Shown piece after piece: positions 39,636 to 49,711 of a DNA stretch of 64,000 nt. A program made the translations under genes and the position numbers. Numbering within the stretch: position 1 is the first letter of the stretch; each line of letters opens with the position of its first letter. Under the pieces are notes generated by a model that was not told the DNA's origin, did not search any database, and worked only from the letters and a program-made list of their open reading frames with translations. The stretch comes from Ostreococcus lucimarinus (taxonomy: Eukaryota): NCBI GenBank assembly GCA_000092065.1, contig CP000583.1. One strand, written 5' to 3'.

Positions 39636-42600
39636 ATGACGCCCGCATCGCGCGATGCGCGCGCGAGCCCGCGCGGTGCGGCGCGCGCGACGCGAGCGCC
39701 GCGAATGCGCGCGCGGCGCGGCGACGTCGCATCGTCCCGAGGACGACGACCGCGCGCGCCGCGCCCGCGCGCGAGCGTCGACGAAGAGCGCTCCGAGCGC
39801 GCGGACAGCGCCGACGGTGCGTCGACGAGCGCGAGGCGGCCGACGATGGAGCTGCAGATGACGCCCGCGAGCGGGGCCCCGTTCGGGGGGTCCAGGGTGG
39901 TGGACTTTGTCGCGGCGTGGGACGCGATATCGCCGCGATTGGCGGCGCGCGAACACGGAGAGGCGGACAAGGAGATGCTGCTGAGCGCGTTGACGCTCGC
40001 CATACCGCGGCTGCAGCAGATCGTGCGAACGGAAGGGAAAGGAAAGAAGCCGGCGCACGAGCGAGCGGTGGACGTGACGCTCACGCTCGTGGACATGGGG
40101 ATGGACGCGGAATGCATCTCCGCGGGATTGCTTCGAGAGGCCGTGGTGCACGGGACGGTGAGTTTGGATGAGATAGAGGACGTGCTCGGGGAGCGGGTGA
40201 TGCGGTTGGCGCACGATGTGGGGCGAGTGCACGATTTACCGAGACGAGTGCACTCGTACGACGAAAACGCGGCGGAACGCTTGCGGTCGTTTTACCTGTC
40301 GTTTCACGACATAAGAGCGATCGTGGTGGAGTTGGCGTGCAGACTTGATACTTTGAGAAACATCGATGAGCTTGAGCCGATCCAGCGGACGACGATTGCG
40401 TTGGAGACGATGCAGATTTACGCCCCCATGGCGCACGCGTTGAACACGGGCGCCCTTTGCGCAGAGTTGGAAGATTTAGCGTTTAAGATTTTGTTTCCGA
40501 CGTCTTACGCCTCGCTGGAGAGGTGGCTGACGGCAAAAAGTCCAGGGGACTCGGCCATCTTGGATAAGATGACAAAGATGCTCACGGATACGATGAACGC
40601 CGACACGACGATGAACGCGTTGATCGGCCGCGGAGGGGTCAAGGTTTTGGCGAGAAGGAAATCTCGTTACTCCACCATGAAGAAGATCATTCGCGATGGG
40701 CGAAAGCGTGAAGAGGTGCACGATTTGCTCGGACTACGCCTCGTTTTGACCCCGCAACCTGGGAGTGGGGCGGAATTGCCCGGCATGGGTCAGGTGTATT
40801 CGGGTGAGGTTACGTACGAGCACATGGAGGCGAGAGCGTTAAAAGCGGCGAACGCGGCGTGCTATCGCGCACAGCAAATAGTGCACGGTTTATTTCCAGC
40901 CGTAAGCGGACGAACCAAGGACTACATCAGTGATCCCAAGGCGAACGGATACTCGTCCTTGCACAGCACTCTCAAGGTCGCGTTTGGCGACGACGGCAAA
41001 CCTTTGGCGTCGAGCGAAGCGTACAAACGCGGCGTGAATGTCGAGATGCAGATCCGAACGGCAGCCATGCATCTCGCCGCTGAAGCGGGCACTGCGTCGC
41101 ACAATTCGTATAAGGGTGGCTTGAAGGAAGACACGGGTATGGCGGGCTCGCTCGCGGACTTGGCCTCGGCAGCGAATCGCGCCGCGGAGGAAAAGTTTGG
41201 CGCTTTCACGCACGCCGATTTGCGCGAACGCGACGAACTCCACGACAGATTGTTCGAAGCATTCGATCTTGATGGTGATGGTCGCGTCACGATGAGTGAG
41301 CTGCGTACGGTACTGGAGAAAATATGGGACACGGAGATGAACGATTTGCGCGAGGAAGCTCACGCGTTGATGGAGCTCCTCGACGTTAACCAGGATGGTA
41401 CTATCGACGCTGATGAATTTGCAAAGTTCCGCGCGTCGCTCACCGCGATTAGTGCGCTACCTAAAGCGGATGCGGCGACCTTGGCGGCGATTGAAGCCGT
41501 TGCGATTGACGTTGAGATCGCCGAAGACGCGCCGGCGGCGCAAGTCGAGGACAAAGCTTTGGTGATTGACGTCAACCCCACGGAGGTGCCCACGGGTGAA
41601 AATATCGAAGAGAAGGCCGAATTGATAGCCACCGTGCGCGCGAAGGTACGAGCCGCGGTATCTGAGAGCTACGAGTACACCGGTAAAGTAGATTTAGCCG
41701 GGCGCAAGGCAACTGCGGCGATGCGCGATTCCGAGTCGGGTCCGGTGGAATGGCAACTGGTGTGGGATTTGATGCGAACTGGTCGAGCCGAGACAGCGCG
41801 TCAACTGTTTTACCAGCGTACTACGCGAGCGCCGAGTCAGATTCTTGTATGGGAGCAGTGGGCACGTTTTGAGCTTCTTCAAGGAGACCCCGAACGCGCG
41901 CGAAGCCTCTACCGCGCTGCATTGTTGCACTGCGAAGATCAGCCCATGGTGCGGGCCGAAATTTTGCGAAAATGGGCCATGATGGAGATAGTATCCACCG
42001 ATGCGCTGCACCAAACGTCTCATTCTGATTTGTTTTCTCGCACGATTGCGGTGCTGGCAGAGGCTCAGAGCAAAGGGCGCATCACTGCCGAGGAGTCTGG
42101 CTCAGCGCAAGCGAAGACGTACCAAGTTTGGGCGCAGGGGCTCGCTCGTGCGGGGAACATCGACGAAGCGAGAAAACTTTTGGATAAGGCTATCGATCTG
42201 GACGAAAACAATGCAGCCGTTGCGCACGCTCAAGGGCAAATCGAGGAAACGCTCGATAACTTCCCGGCAGCCATCGCCGCGTATCGTCGGGGTCTCGAAG
42301 CGAACCCGAACGACGCCTACTTGCTTCAGTCGTGGGGTCGAATCGAGGCGAAGATGGGTCGTTTGGACAACGCTCGAAAGCTGTTTAGACACGGCGTCGA
42401 AACAAACGAGGAAAATTACCACATTCCCCAGGCTTGGGCGGTGAGTGAGGCGGAGCATCCAGAAGGCGACGCGGCGACGGCGCGTGAAATGTTTCAACGC
42501 GCGAGCTCACTCGCGTACTGGTCCGTCCAAACCTGGGCTGCTTGGGCGCGCTTTGAACTGGACGCGGAAGATAACGAGCAAAGGCTTGAAACTGCGCGCA

Positions 42601-43175
42601 CGCTGTATGAACGCGGTCTCGATGCCGAACCCGGGAACTTGGTGTGTCTCGTCGGCCTCGCAAAGTGCGAGAGTCGACTCGGTCGCTTTGGCGCCGCCCG
42701 CGAAACGCTTCGCCGAGCGAACGCCATCCATCCCGATTCCTCAGCTCTGTGCTTCGCCCAAGCCAGACTCGAAGAAGCCGCGGGCGCGCCCGCGAAAGCC
42801 GCCCACCTCTACCAAAAAGCTCGCCAACTCCAAAAAGAAAGCCGCAAGAAAAAGTCGCGCGTCTCGACGCGCGGTCGCGGTTCCCGCTCCACCTGGGACC
42901 CCGTCGAAGCGTTCGAACGCCAAGAAATCGCATCGGCATCCATCATCTACGCCACCACCGACGACAACCACTTCGCCCACATGGACGAACAAGACGCCAA
43001 CGGCTTTTCCGAGGACGAAAAGCGTCGCTCGAGCGACGATTTGGGCAGTTACGAGCCCCCTCGCTCGTACGAGCGTCGCCGCGTTCGCAAGACGCGCCGC
43101 GCGCCCTCGACGCGCGTCGCCCCGCGCGCCGCCGACGACGACGACGTCCTCGGCAGTAGCCTCGACTCCCTTTAA
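39636..43175 (+). CDS. RelA/SpoT homolog (ppGpp synthetase, degenerate HD hydrolase) with two EF-hands (CRSH-like) fused to a C-terminal HAT/TPR repeat domain
   Basis: Synthetase motifs 'RRKSRYSTMKKI', 'DLLGLRLVL', 'GYSSLHSTL' and 'EMQIRTAAMH'. HD region has 'LLREAVVHGT' where LLHDVVEDT is expected (HD lost). EF-hands 'DLDGDGRVTMSEL' and 'DVNQDGTIDADEF'. About 8 HAT-like repeats ('WEQWARFELLQGDPERARSLYRAAL', 'WAAWARFELDAEDNEQRLETARTLYERGL'). Transit-peptide-like N-terminus. Confidence 0.8.
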   Translation: MTPASRDARASPRGAARATRAPRMRARRGDVASSRGRRPRAPRPRASVDEERSERADSADGASTSARRPTMELQMTPASGAPFGGSRVVDFVAAWDAISPRLAAREHGEADKEMLLSALTLAIPRLQQIVRTEGKGKKPAHERAVDVTLTLVDMGMDAECISAGLLREAVVHGTVSLDEIEDVLGERVMRLAHDVGRVHDLPRRVHSYDENAAERLRSFYLSFHDIRAIVVELACRLDTLRNIDELEPIQRTTIALETMQIYAPMAHALNTGALCAELEDLAFKILFPTSYASLERWLTAKSPGDSAILDKMTKMLTDTMNADTTMNALIGRGGVKVLARRKSRYSTMKKIIRDGRKREEVHDLLGLRLVLTPQPGSGAELPGMGQVYSGEVTYEHMEARALKAANAACYRAQQIVHGLFPAVSGRTKDYISDPKANGYSSLHSTLKVAFGDDGKPLASSEAYKRGVNVEMQIRTAAMHLAAEAGTASHNSYKGGLKEDTGMAGSLADLASAANRAAEEKFGAFTHADLRERDELHDRLFEAFDLDGDGRVTMSELRTVLEKIWDTEMNDLREEAHALMELLDVNQDGTIDADEFAKFRASLTAISALPKADAATLAAIEAVAIDVEIAEDAPAAQVEDKALVIDVNPTEVPTGENIEEKAELIATVRAKVRAAVSESYEYTGKVDLAGRKATAAMRDSESGPVEWQLVWDLMRTGRAETARQLFYQRTTRAPSQILVWEQWARFELLQGDPERARSLYRAALLHCEDQPMVRAEILRKWAMMEIVSTDALHQTSHSDLFSRTIAVLAEAQSKGRITAEESGSAQAKTYQVWAQGLARAGNIDEARKLLDKAIDLDENNAAVAHAQGQIEETLDNFPAAIAAYRRGLEANPNDAYLLQSWGRIEAKMGRLDNARKLFRHGVETNEENYHIPQAWAVSEAEHPEGDAATAREMFQRASSLAYWSVQTWAAWARFELDAEDNEQRLETARTLYERGLDAEPGNLVCLVGLAKCESRLGRFGAARETLRRANAIHPDSSALCFAQARLEEAAGAPAKAAHLYQKARQLQKESRKKKSRVSTRGRGSRSTWDPVEAFERQEIASASIIYATTDDNHFAHMDEQDANGFSEDEKRRSSDDLGSYEPPRSYERRRVRKTRRAPSTRVAPRAADDDDVLGSSLDSL

Positions 43176-43844
43176 CGGCGCGCGCACCTTTTCTCGCCCG
43201 CCATCCGTCCTTCGCGCGACCTCGGACCCGCGCCTCGCCTCGCGGCGCGTCGACGAAGAAACGACGAATGGCGTCGCGCGCGGCGTCCACGCGCGCCGAC
43301 GCGCGACCGCCCGCCCGACCCCGGGATCGCCGCGAAATCCTCGCGCGCGCGCGCGCGCGCGTCGCTCGAATCACGACTCGTCGAGTCCCTCTTTTTTTCC
43401 CAGCCCGTCGATACTGTTTGCGCGGCCGACGCCCGGCCGCGACGGCCCCCCGCGACGTCCCGCGGCGGTTTCGGGCGCGCTGGCGTGTGTAAAACGACCG
43501 ATCGTGACTCAAGCGCCGTTTACGTATTGCGCGCGCATTTCGCCAATGTATCGCGAACGCGACGCGCGCGTCGTCTCCGGGCGGTCGGTCGCCCGCCCCG
43601 CGCGACGCGCGCGAGCCGCGACGTCGACGCGCGCGCGGCAGTCGCCCGCGCGCGCGACCGCGCGAGCGCGCGCGAACGCGCGAACCGCGCGCGCGCGACC
43701 GACGGGCGAGGGAATCGACGCGCGCGCGACGATCTCGGCGACGGATCGAAGACGCGATCGATCGATCGAAGATATTTCCGCGGGCAGCGCTGGCGGAAAC
43801 GGCGCGCGCGACGCGCGCGAGGGCGAGGACGCGCGCGAGACGGG

Positions 43845-44684
43845 ATGCCGTCGATGACGCGGAGTCGAACGGACTCGCCGAACGCGATCGCGGCGATCGC
43901 GGTGGACGTCGCGGTGCGAGCGCTGGGAGGGAGGCGGGCGACGGAGGCGGGGACGGCGAGCGACGAGGCGAGCGAGGTGGTCGACGCGTTGTTGCCCAGG
44001 GTGACGCGGTTGAGCGTGCGAAAGCGATTGTCGGGGCGGGGGGGGAAGAGTGATAGAGAGGGACGGGTGGGGGCAGACGAGATGGGGTTCGACGCGATGG
44101 ATGCGGATACGTTGTTCGGGGAAAGATCCACGGAGGGGTCGCTTCGCGGAGGCACGGCGATGTTTCACGAACGAAAAAACTCGTTCGATGGGGAAATTAA
44201 ATTTGAATCGGCGTTGCCGACGGCGTCGGACGATGCGGTGATTCCGACCGAGGAGGGTGGGCGGCGACCGCCGACGCCGGGTAAGACTCGCCCTTGGTTG
44301 AAGGAATCGCGAGCGACTCCGATGCAAGTCGACGACGAGCGAGCGAAGACTTGCGGCGACGCCGTGCCCAGTATTTTGGCTTCGCCGAAGAGAAACGGAT
44401 CCATGCTGATCCTGAATGCGGAAGATCACGATACAAAGATGCGCTGCGTGGGAACGCCGACGTTGGTGCCGCGCGCGCGTCGCGCCGAAGTCAATTCCCC
44501 GACGTTGGTTGGGGTCGAATCGCCGTCGGCGGGTACGCCCTCCGAACAATCCATCGAGACGTCTGACCACAAGCCGTTCAGTCGTAGCGCATCCACGCTG
44601 TCGACGGTATCTCTCGCCTCGGCGTTCAGCCCGGTCTCTCGACCGATGTCGAGGAATGCATCCCAAGAAGACCTCAGTAAATGA
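43845..44684 (+). CDS. Hypothetical Ser/Thr-rich protein
   Basis: ORF with protein-like composition from M 'MPSMTRS'. No family recognised. The upstream part of the track ORF is Arg-rich junk. Confidence 0.35.
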   Translation: MPSMTRSRTDSPNAIAAIAVDVAVRALGGRRATEAGTASDEASEVVDALLPRVTRLSVRKRLSGRGGKSDREGRVGADEMGFDAMDADTLFGERSTEGSLRGGTAMFHERKNSFDGEIKFESALPTASDDAVIPTEEGGRRPPTPGKTRPWLKESRATPMQVDDERAKTCGDAVPSILASPKRNGSMLILNAEDHDTKMRCVGTPTLVPRARRAEVNSPTLVGVESPSAGTPSEQSIETSDHKPFSRSASTLSTVSLASAFSPVSRPMSRNASQEDLSK

Positions 44685-44843
44685 GGAATGAAACGTCCCA
44701 TCGTCGCGACACCACGCCCGTTGTATTCACCGATTCCTCGACCACTATTTATGTGGTTCTAGTCGCGTTCTATGTTGTGGATATTGTATTCTCAATCAAT
44801 GTTTATTCCGTCTAGGTGCAATCTATTCCTCCCGTACAAAAGC

Positions 44844-46760
44844 CTACAAAAGTAAAACCTTGGAGGCGGGAGAGGCGCGCAAACCGGAGAACCGGACATG
44901 CCCGCGACGCGCTTGCTGTTGCGGGACGCCACGCACCGCGCGCGCCTTGACACGAACACCACGCTCCCGAACACCCGTCATAGTCGCAGAGATAGTCGCG
45001 GCTGTCCCATCCTTCTTCACATCAAACTTATCCGCCGCGACGTGCACGTTCTTCACCGCCCGGCCAGAAATATCCCCGACGCTCTTCTCCCACTCAGGAT
45101 CCCAGCACACGGCTTCCGGAGTGGAACACGCGATAGATTTGCCAAATGGGCACGTCGCATACGCGCAGTCACCATTCTCAAATCCAGTCACAAAGTGCTC
45201 CTCGAAAATGGAGCGGAGCAAGTAATACTCCTTCGTCGTCGGCGGATGCAGCGGGAAGCGTTGGGCGCGTCTCGCAAAGTCTTCATCCGACACTTCGAGC
45301 TCGGCATGCGCCGCCAAACCGTCGACCCAGTCGTAGCCGACGCCGTCGCTAAATTGTTCTTTTTGTCGCCAAAGCACTTCTTGCGGCAAGTAGGAATCTC
45401 CAGGGGTGTCGAACGCCTTGCGAAGGATGTACTTTTCCAAGTACGGACGCCCATCCGCATCCTTCTTGTTGACATCAATCATCTTGTCCTCCGGTCGCAT
45501 GTTCATCGCGAGATCGATGACTTGCTGAGACAAGAGCGGAGTGCGCACCTCAATGCCCCAACTCATAGTTGATTTGTTCGCGCGCAAAACGTCCCATTGG
45601 TGCAATCGCATGGTCTTCCGACGGCACTCGGCGTGGAATTCAGCCGGGTTCGGCGCCTTGTGAAAATACAAGTATCCGCCGAAGAGCTCATCCGCGCCCT
45701 CGCCCGACAGCACCATCTTGAATCCCAGTGACTTGATATGACGGCTCAAAAGATACATTGGCACCGACGCCCGAACTTGTTCGAACGTTTCCAGATGCCA
45801 AATGACATCCGGAAGCGCGTCCAAGGCTTCCTCAGGCGTGAAATGCACCTCGTGGTGAATCGTTCCGAGTTGCTCGGCAACCTTGCGAGCGGCGACTAAA
45901 TCTGGTGCCCCCTTGATACCGATGGAAAACGAGTGCACGGGTTCGTCCGCACCGTACGTGTTCTTCGCTAACTTACGCTGACGCACAGCGATGGAAGTGA
46001 TCAACGAAGAGTCGAGGCCTCCAGAGAGGAGCACGGCGTACGGGACGTCCGCCATCAAACGCTTGGTGACGGCGTCGACGACGCACTCACGGAGCTCCTC
46101 CAAGTTTGCCTCCTTGGTCGGCACGTAATTTTCATCCGTAATCCACTGCGGGTTGTACCAGCGCTCGATCGTCGCCGGCGCGTCCCCCTTCTTGACGTAC
46201 ACGTGACCAGGGGGGAAGATTTCATAATTCGCCACCCCCGGGTCGTCGTGAAGTGTCTTCATCTCGCTGCTAAACCACACGCTCCCATCCTTCCCGTTCG
46301 CCATATACATCGGAATCTTACCCATGTGATCTCTCGCCGCCACGATCACATCGTTCTCGCGATCCTCAATCACGAACGCGAACATTCCGTCGAGCTCGCT
46401 CACAAAGCTCGGCCCGTGCTGCTCGTACAGGTGCCCGATGACTTGACAATCGCTCTTATTCTCGCTCACGATTCCATACTTTTCCCTCAATTCCGCGTGA
46501 TTATAAATCTCCCCGTTCGCGATGAACGCCGTCCTCTTCGTCGCGTCCGTGAACAGCGGTTGATCGCCGCTCTTTCCCGGCGCCACGATGCTCAGGCGCT
46601 TGTGCACCATGAAGGTTTGTCGTCCCGCGTCGTCCAATCGCACCTCCATCCCGTACGAATCCGGTCCTCGGTGTCGCAGCCGCTTCGCGAGCTGATACAC
46701 GCGCTGCCGATTCTTGCGCGCGTCGCCCGTGAGGCGCAGGACGCTGAAGATCCCGCACAT
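44844..46760 (-). CDS. ASN: Asparagine synthetase (glutamine-hydrolysing)
   Basis: N-terminal 'MCGIFSV' (Cys2 nucleophile). 'YAVLLSGGLDSS' PP-loop. C-terminal 'ACSTPEAVCWDPEWEK'. About 55 extra C-terminal residues of uncertain reality. Confidence 0.9.
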   Translation of the reverse strand: MCGIFSVLRLTGDARKNRQRVYQLAKRLRHRGPDSYGMEVRLDDAGRQTFMVHKRLSIVAPGKSGDQPLFTDATKRTAFIANGEIYNHAELREKYGIVSENKSDCQVIGHLYEQHGPSFVSELDGMFAFVIEDRENDVIVAARDHMGKIPMYMANGKDGSVWFSSEMKTLHDDPGVANYEIFPPGHVYVKKGDAPATIERWYNPQWITDENYVPTKEANLEELRECVVDAVTKRLMADVPYAVLLSGGLDSSLITSIAVRQRKLAKNTYGADEPVHSFSIGIKGAPDLVAARKVAEQLGTIHHEVHFTPEEALDALPDVIWHLETFEQVRASVPMYLLSRHIKSLGFKMVLSGEGADELFGGYLYFHKAPNPAEFHAECRRKTMRLHQWDVLRANKSTMSWGIEVRTPLLSQQVIDLAMNMRPEDKMIDVNKKDADGRPYLEKYILRKAFDTPGDSYLPQEVLWRQKEQFSDGVGYDWVDGLAAHAELEVSDEDFARRAQRFPLHPPTTKEYYLLRSIFEEHFVTGFENGDCAYATCPFGKSIACSTPEAVCWDPEWEKSVGDISGRAVKNVHVAADKFDVKKDGTAATISATMTGVRERGVRVKARAVRGVPQQQARRGHVRFSGLRASPASKVLLL

Positions 46761-47122
46761 GATCGTCCGCGCGCGTTCGACGCGCGGCAAAGCCCTGAAC
46801 GCTGGAACCCTCGAGTCGGGCGCGCGCGCCGGCGGACGCGCGCGCGACGCCGCGAGGCCGCGAGGCGAGGCGCGCGACGGGTGCGCGCGCGGTCGAACGA
46901 CGCGAGCGCGGCGGACGCGGCGCGCGGTGGACGCGACGCGACGGCGTGTGCGCGCGAGACGACGCGAGCGCGCGCATTATCCGACCGAGCCGCCGCCGAT
47001 CGATGGGCGACCGACCGCCGTGTGGGCAAACAGTGACGTGTGGGGGGGATTCGGGATGGATCGCGCGCGAGCGAGACGCGGCGAGGCGACGCGACGACGG
47101 CGCGCGCGAGAAAAGTGCGTCG

Positions 47123-48241
47123 TTAACAACGAACGAGAATTTTTAAACGGCCGATCGAGGCCGAGGGGTCGAGGTCGGCGGCGGCGTCGAGGCGAAGGGC
47201 CTCGGGAAGACCGCGCAGGGGGACGTCGCGGAGACGGGACGAGGGCGTGCGGAGCGCGCCGTCGTGAATCTCTCGCGAGATTTGGGCGAGCATGTCGCGG
47301 CGACCGGCGCCTTGAGTGGTGTTTTCGTCGTGCTCGAGCCAGCGGGTGAGCCAGAAGCCTTTGAGGGTGATGTCTTTGAAGATGAAGGCGCCGGTGGGAA
47401 CGACGAGCGGTTGCTTGGACATGCCGCCGTAGGTAACCATGACGGACGATGCGTTCGGCTGAAGCAGTCTAAGCATGGTTTGCGCGCTATATCCACTCAC
47501 GGCGTTAAACCCAAACCGCGCCCTCGTCGCGAGTTCGCGCGTTTTCGCGTCGAGTCGGAGGAATTTACCCTCGACGTCTGGTATCACGACGTCGGCGCCG
47601 TCGGCGCGCAACGATTCAAAAACCTCCTCCGTCGCCGTCTCGCTCGATCTCGGCCGACACATAGCTATCGTTCTAATACCCCTCGCGCGTGCGAGCTGCA
47701 ATAACGCCCGTCCAACCCCCGAAGTCGCGGCGTTCACGACGATCGTATCCCCCTCTCGCGCGTCGTTATCGACCAACAGCCGCAGCGCCGTGCACGGATT
47801 CACCGTCATCATCGCCGCCTCGTGCACGGGCACGTCCCGATCGATCACATCAAACGCGTTCGCGTTCGCCACCACCTCTCGTCGCCACGTTCCCAGCGCG
47901 TACGATCGATTCGGCACCACTCTGTCGCCCGTTCGCGCGCCCCTCGCCAGCGCCCTCGTCCCGCACGCCGTCACCTCCCCCACCATCTCGTTCCCTCCGC
48001 ACGCCGGCAGCTCGCGCGCGACCGGGTACTTACCCTCGATCATGTTCACGTCCGACGGGTTCACCGGCGCGGCGAGGACGCGCACGCGCACGTCGTCCTC
48101 GCCCAGTTCGTCCGGCAACGGTATCGACGCCACGCGCAGGACCTCCCCCGGCGCGCCGCGCTCGGCGTACACGCACGCCTCCGTGTGCGCGCGTCGACGC
48201 GCGATGACGTCGCGGATCGCGCGCGGCGCGCGTCGGCGCAT
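47123..48241 (-). CDS. Mitochondrial trans-2-enoyl-CoA reductase (MECR/ETR1-like, MDR superfamily)
   Basis: 'VLAAPVNPSDVNMIEGKYP', 'GDTIVVNAATSGVGRALLQLARARG' and 'TYGGMSKQPLVVP'. Start at M 'MRRRAPRAIRDV'. The Pro-rich upstream part of the ORF is not coding. Confidence 0.8.
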   Translation of the reverse strand: MRRRAPRAIRDVIARRRAHTEACVYAERGAPGEVLRVASIPLPDELGEDDVRVRVLAAPVNPSDVNMIEGKYPVARELPACGGNEMVGEVTACGTRALARGARTGDRVVPNRSYALGTWRREVVANANAFDVIDRDVPVHEAAMMTVNPCTALRLLVDNDAREGDTIVVNAATSGVGRALLQLARARGIRTIAMCRPRSSETATEEVFESLRADGADVVIPDVEGKFLRLDAKTRELATRARFGFNAVSGYSAQTMLRLLQPNASSVMVTYGGMSKQPLVVPTGAFIFKDITLKGFWLTRWLEHDENTTQGAGRRDMLAQISREIHDGALRTPSSRLRDVPLRGLPEALRLDAAADLDPSASIGRLKILVRC

Positions 48242-48324
48242 CGCGCGTCGAGCGCGACGCGATGCGGCGTCAGAGCGCGACGCCGCGAATCGATCCGCGC
48301 GCGCGTCGATGCGAGTCGACGCGA

Positions 48325-49524
48325 ATGGACGGTGAGAGCGCCGCGACGACGTGCGGGGCGTGCGAGAAAGCGCGCGCGAGGTACGCGTGTCCGAAGTGCG
48401 GCGCGAGGCTGTGCGCGCTGGCGTGCTACGAGCGACACAACGATGGGAAGTGTCAAAGTCGATTTCACGAGGACGCGCTCGCGAGCGCGATGCGAGGGAT
48501 GACGGCGACGGCGGAGACGAAGCGGGAGATGATGGAGACTTTGCGGCGACGCGCGGTGGCGGACGGGACGCTGGATCTCGGGATCGAGGAGGAGGAGGAG
48601 GAGGAGGAGGGCGACGACGACGACGACGGCGGCGAGCGGTGCGTGCTGAGCGAGGCGAGCTTGGAGGTACTGCGCGCGGGGGGAGAGTTGGATTTAGAAG
48701 CGTTGAATGAGGAAGAACGGGCGAGTTTTGAGCGGGCGGTCGCGAGCGGGGAGCTCGTGGAGGCGTGGGTGCCGTGGTGGGAATCGCCCGAGGCTGGACG
48801 AACGCGCGCGAGCGCGAGGGGCGAGCGCGCGGTGGCGGAGCTCGATCTGTGTGAACCGACGACGAGCGAGGGCGCGAACGACAAAGATAAAGGCATACCA
48901 CCGCTCGCGAGCGCGGATGAAGCTTTGGATCCGTTTGAGAGGTTGAGCGGGGGTAAAGAAGCCCCCGAAGCGCTTCGCTGGCACTGCGTCAACGCGCTCT
49001 CGGCGTACGTCCTCGTCAAGCGATCTTTCAACGGAGATTGGAGCGATGAAGAGGAAATCGCGTGCGACGCGATGTTAGAACTATCCGCTGTGCTCAGCGC
49101 CGAGCGCGGTGCGATCGCGGAGGCCCAGTGCGCGCGAGACGCCGCGCTCGACGTCGTCCGCCGCGCGCCGCGCGCGCTCCCCTCCCCCCCCTCCCCTCGC
49201 GCTCTCCAGCGCGCGCTCACCGCCGACCTCCGCGCCCTGTTCGCCGCCCCAACCATCCCCATTCGAGCCCTGCTCGACCTCTCTCGCGCTCTCGACGTCG
49301 CCGCGCGCGCGTCGGCGTCCGACCGCGCGCGACGCCGCCGCGCCGCGCTCAAGTCCCGCTACCTCTGCGCCTACCTCTGCGCCGACGCCCTCGGCGTCGT
49401 CACCGCCGACGTCGCGCGCGCCGTGAAAGAAATCATCGACGACGACCTCGACGTCGACCCCGACGTCGACCTCGACGTCGTCCGCGTCCGCGACGGCGTC
49501 GCGTCGCCCCGCGCGCGCGGGTAG
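48325..49524 (+). CDS. HIT-type zinc-finger (ZNHIT) protein with acidic stretch
   Basis: 'CGACEKARARYACPKCGARLCALACYERHNDGKC' zf-HIT signature. poly-E/D tract. Divergent from MECR with 83 bp between start codons. Confidence 0.65.
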   Translation: MDGESAATTCGACEKARARYACPKCGARLCALACYERHNDGKCQSRFHEDALASAMRGMTATAETKREMMETLRRRAVADGTLDLGIEEEEEEEEGDDDDDGGERCVLSEASLEVLRAGGELDLEALNEEERASFERAVASGELVEAWVPWWESPEAGRTRASARGERAVAELDLCEPTTSEGANDKDKGIPPLASADEALDPFERLSGGKEAPEALRWHCVNALSAYVLVKRSFNGDWSDEEEIACDAMLELSAVLSAERGAIAEAQCARDAALDVVRRAPRALPSPPSPRALQRALTADLRALFAAPTIPIRALLDLSRALDVAARASASDRARRRRAALKSRYLCAYLCADALGVVTADVARAVKEIIDDDLDVDPDVDLDVVRVRDGVASPRARG

Positions 49525-49560
49525 CGCTCCACGCACCACGTGGCGCATTTTAACGATCGC

Positions 49561-49585
49561 GCCTATATACATACATACACGCGCA
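49561..49585 (+). promoter_or_regulatory. TATA-like element 'cctatatacatacatacac' about 130 bp upstream of the membrane-protein ATG
   Basis: Only AT-rich TATA-like word in a GC-rich intergenic gap. Position relative to the ATG is plausible. Confidence 0.3.
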
Positions 49586-49711
49586 CTGTTTGCCCATACG
49601 TGCCAGCTGGCACCGGCGAAAATAGCCGCGGGGGATCGACGCGATCGAACGGATCGAACGCGTCAGAGCGTGTCGCGCGAGCGCCCGTCGATCGAACCGT
49701 CGACGCGCGTC

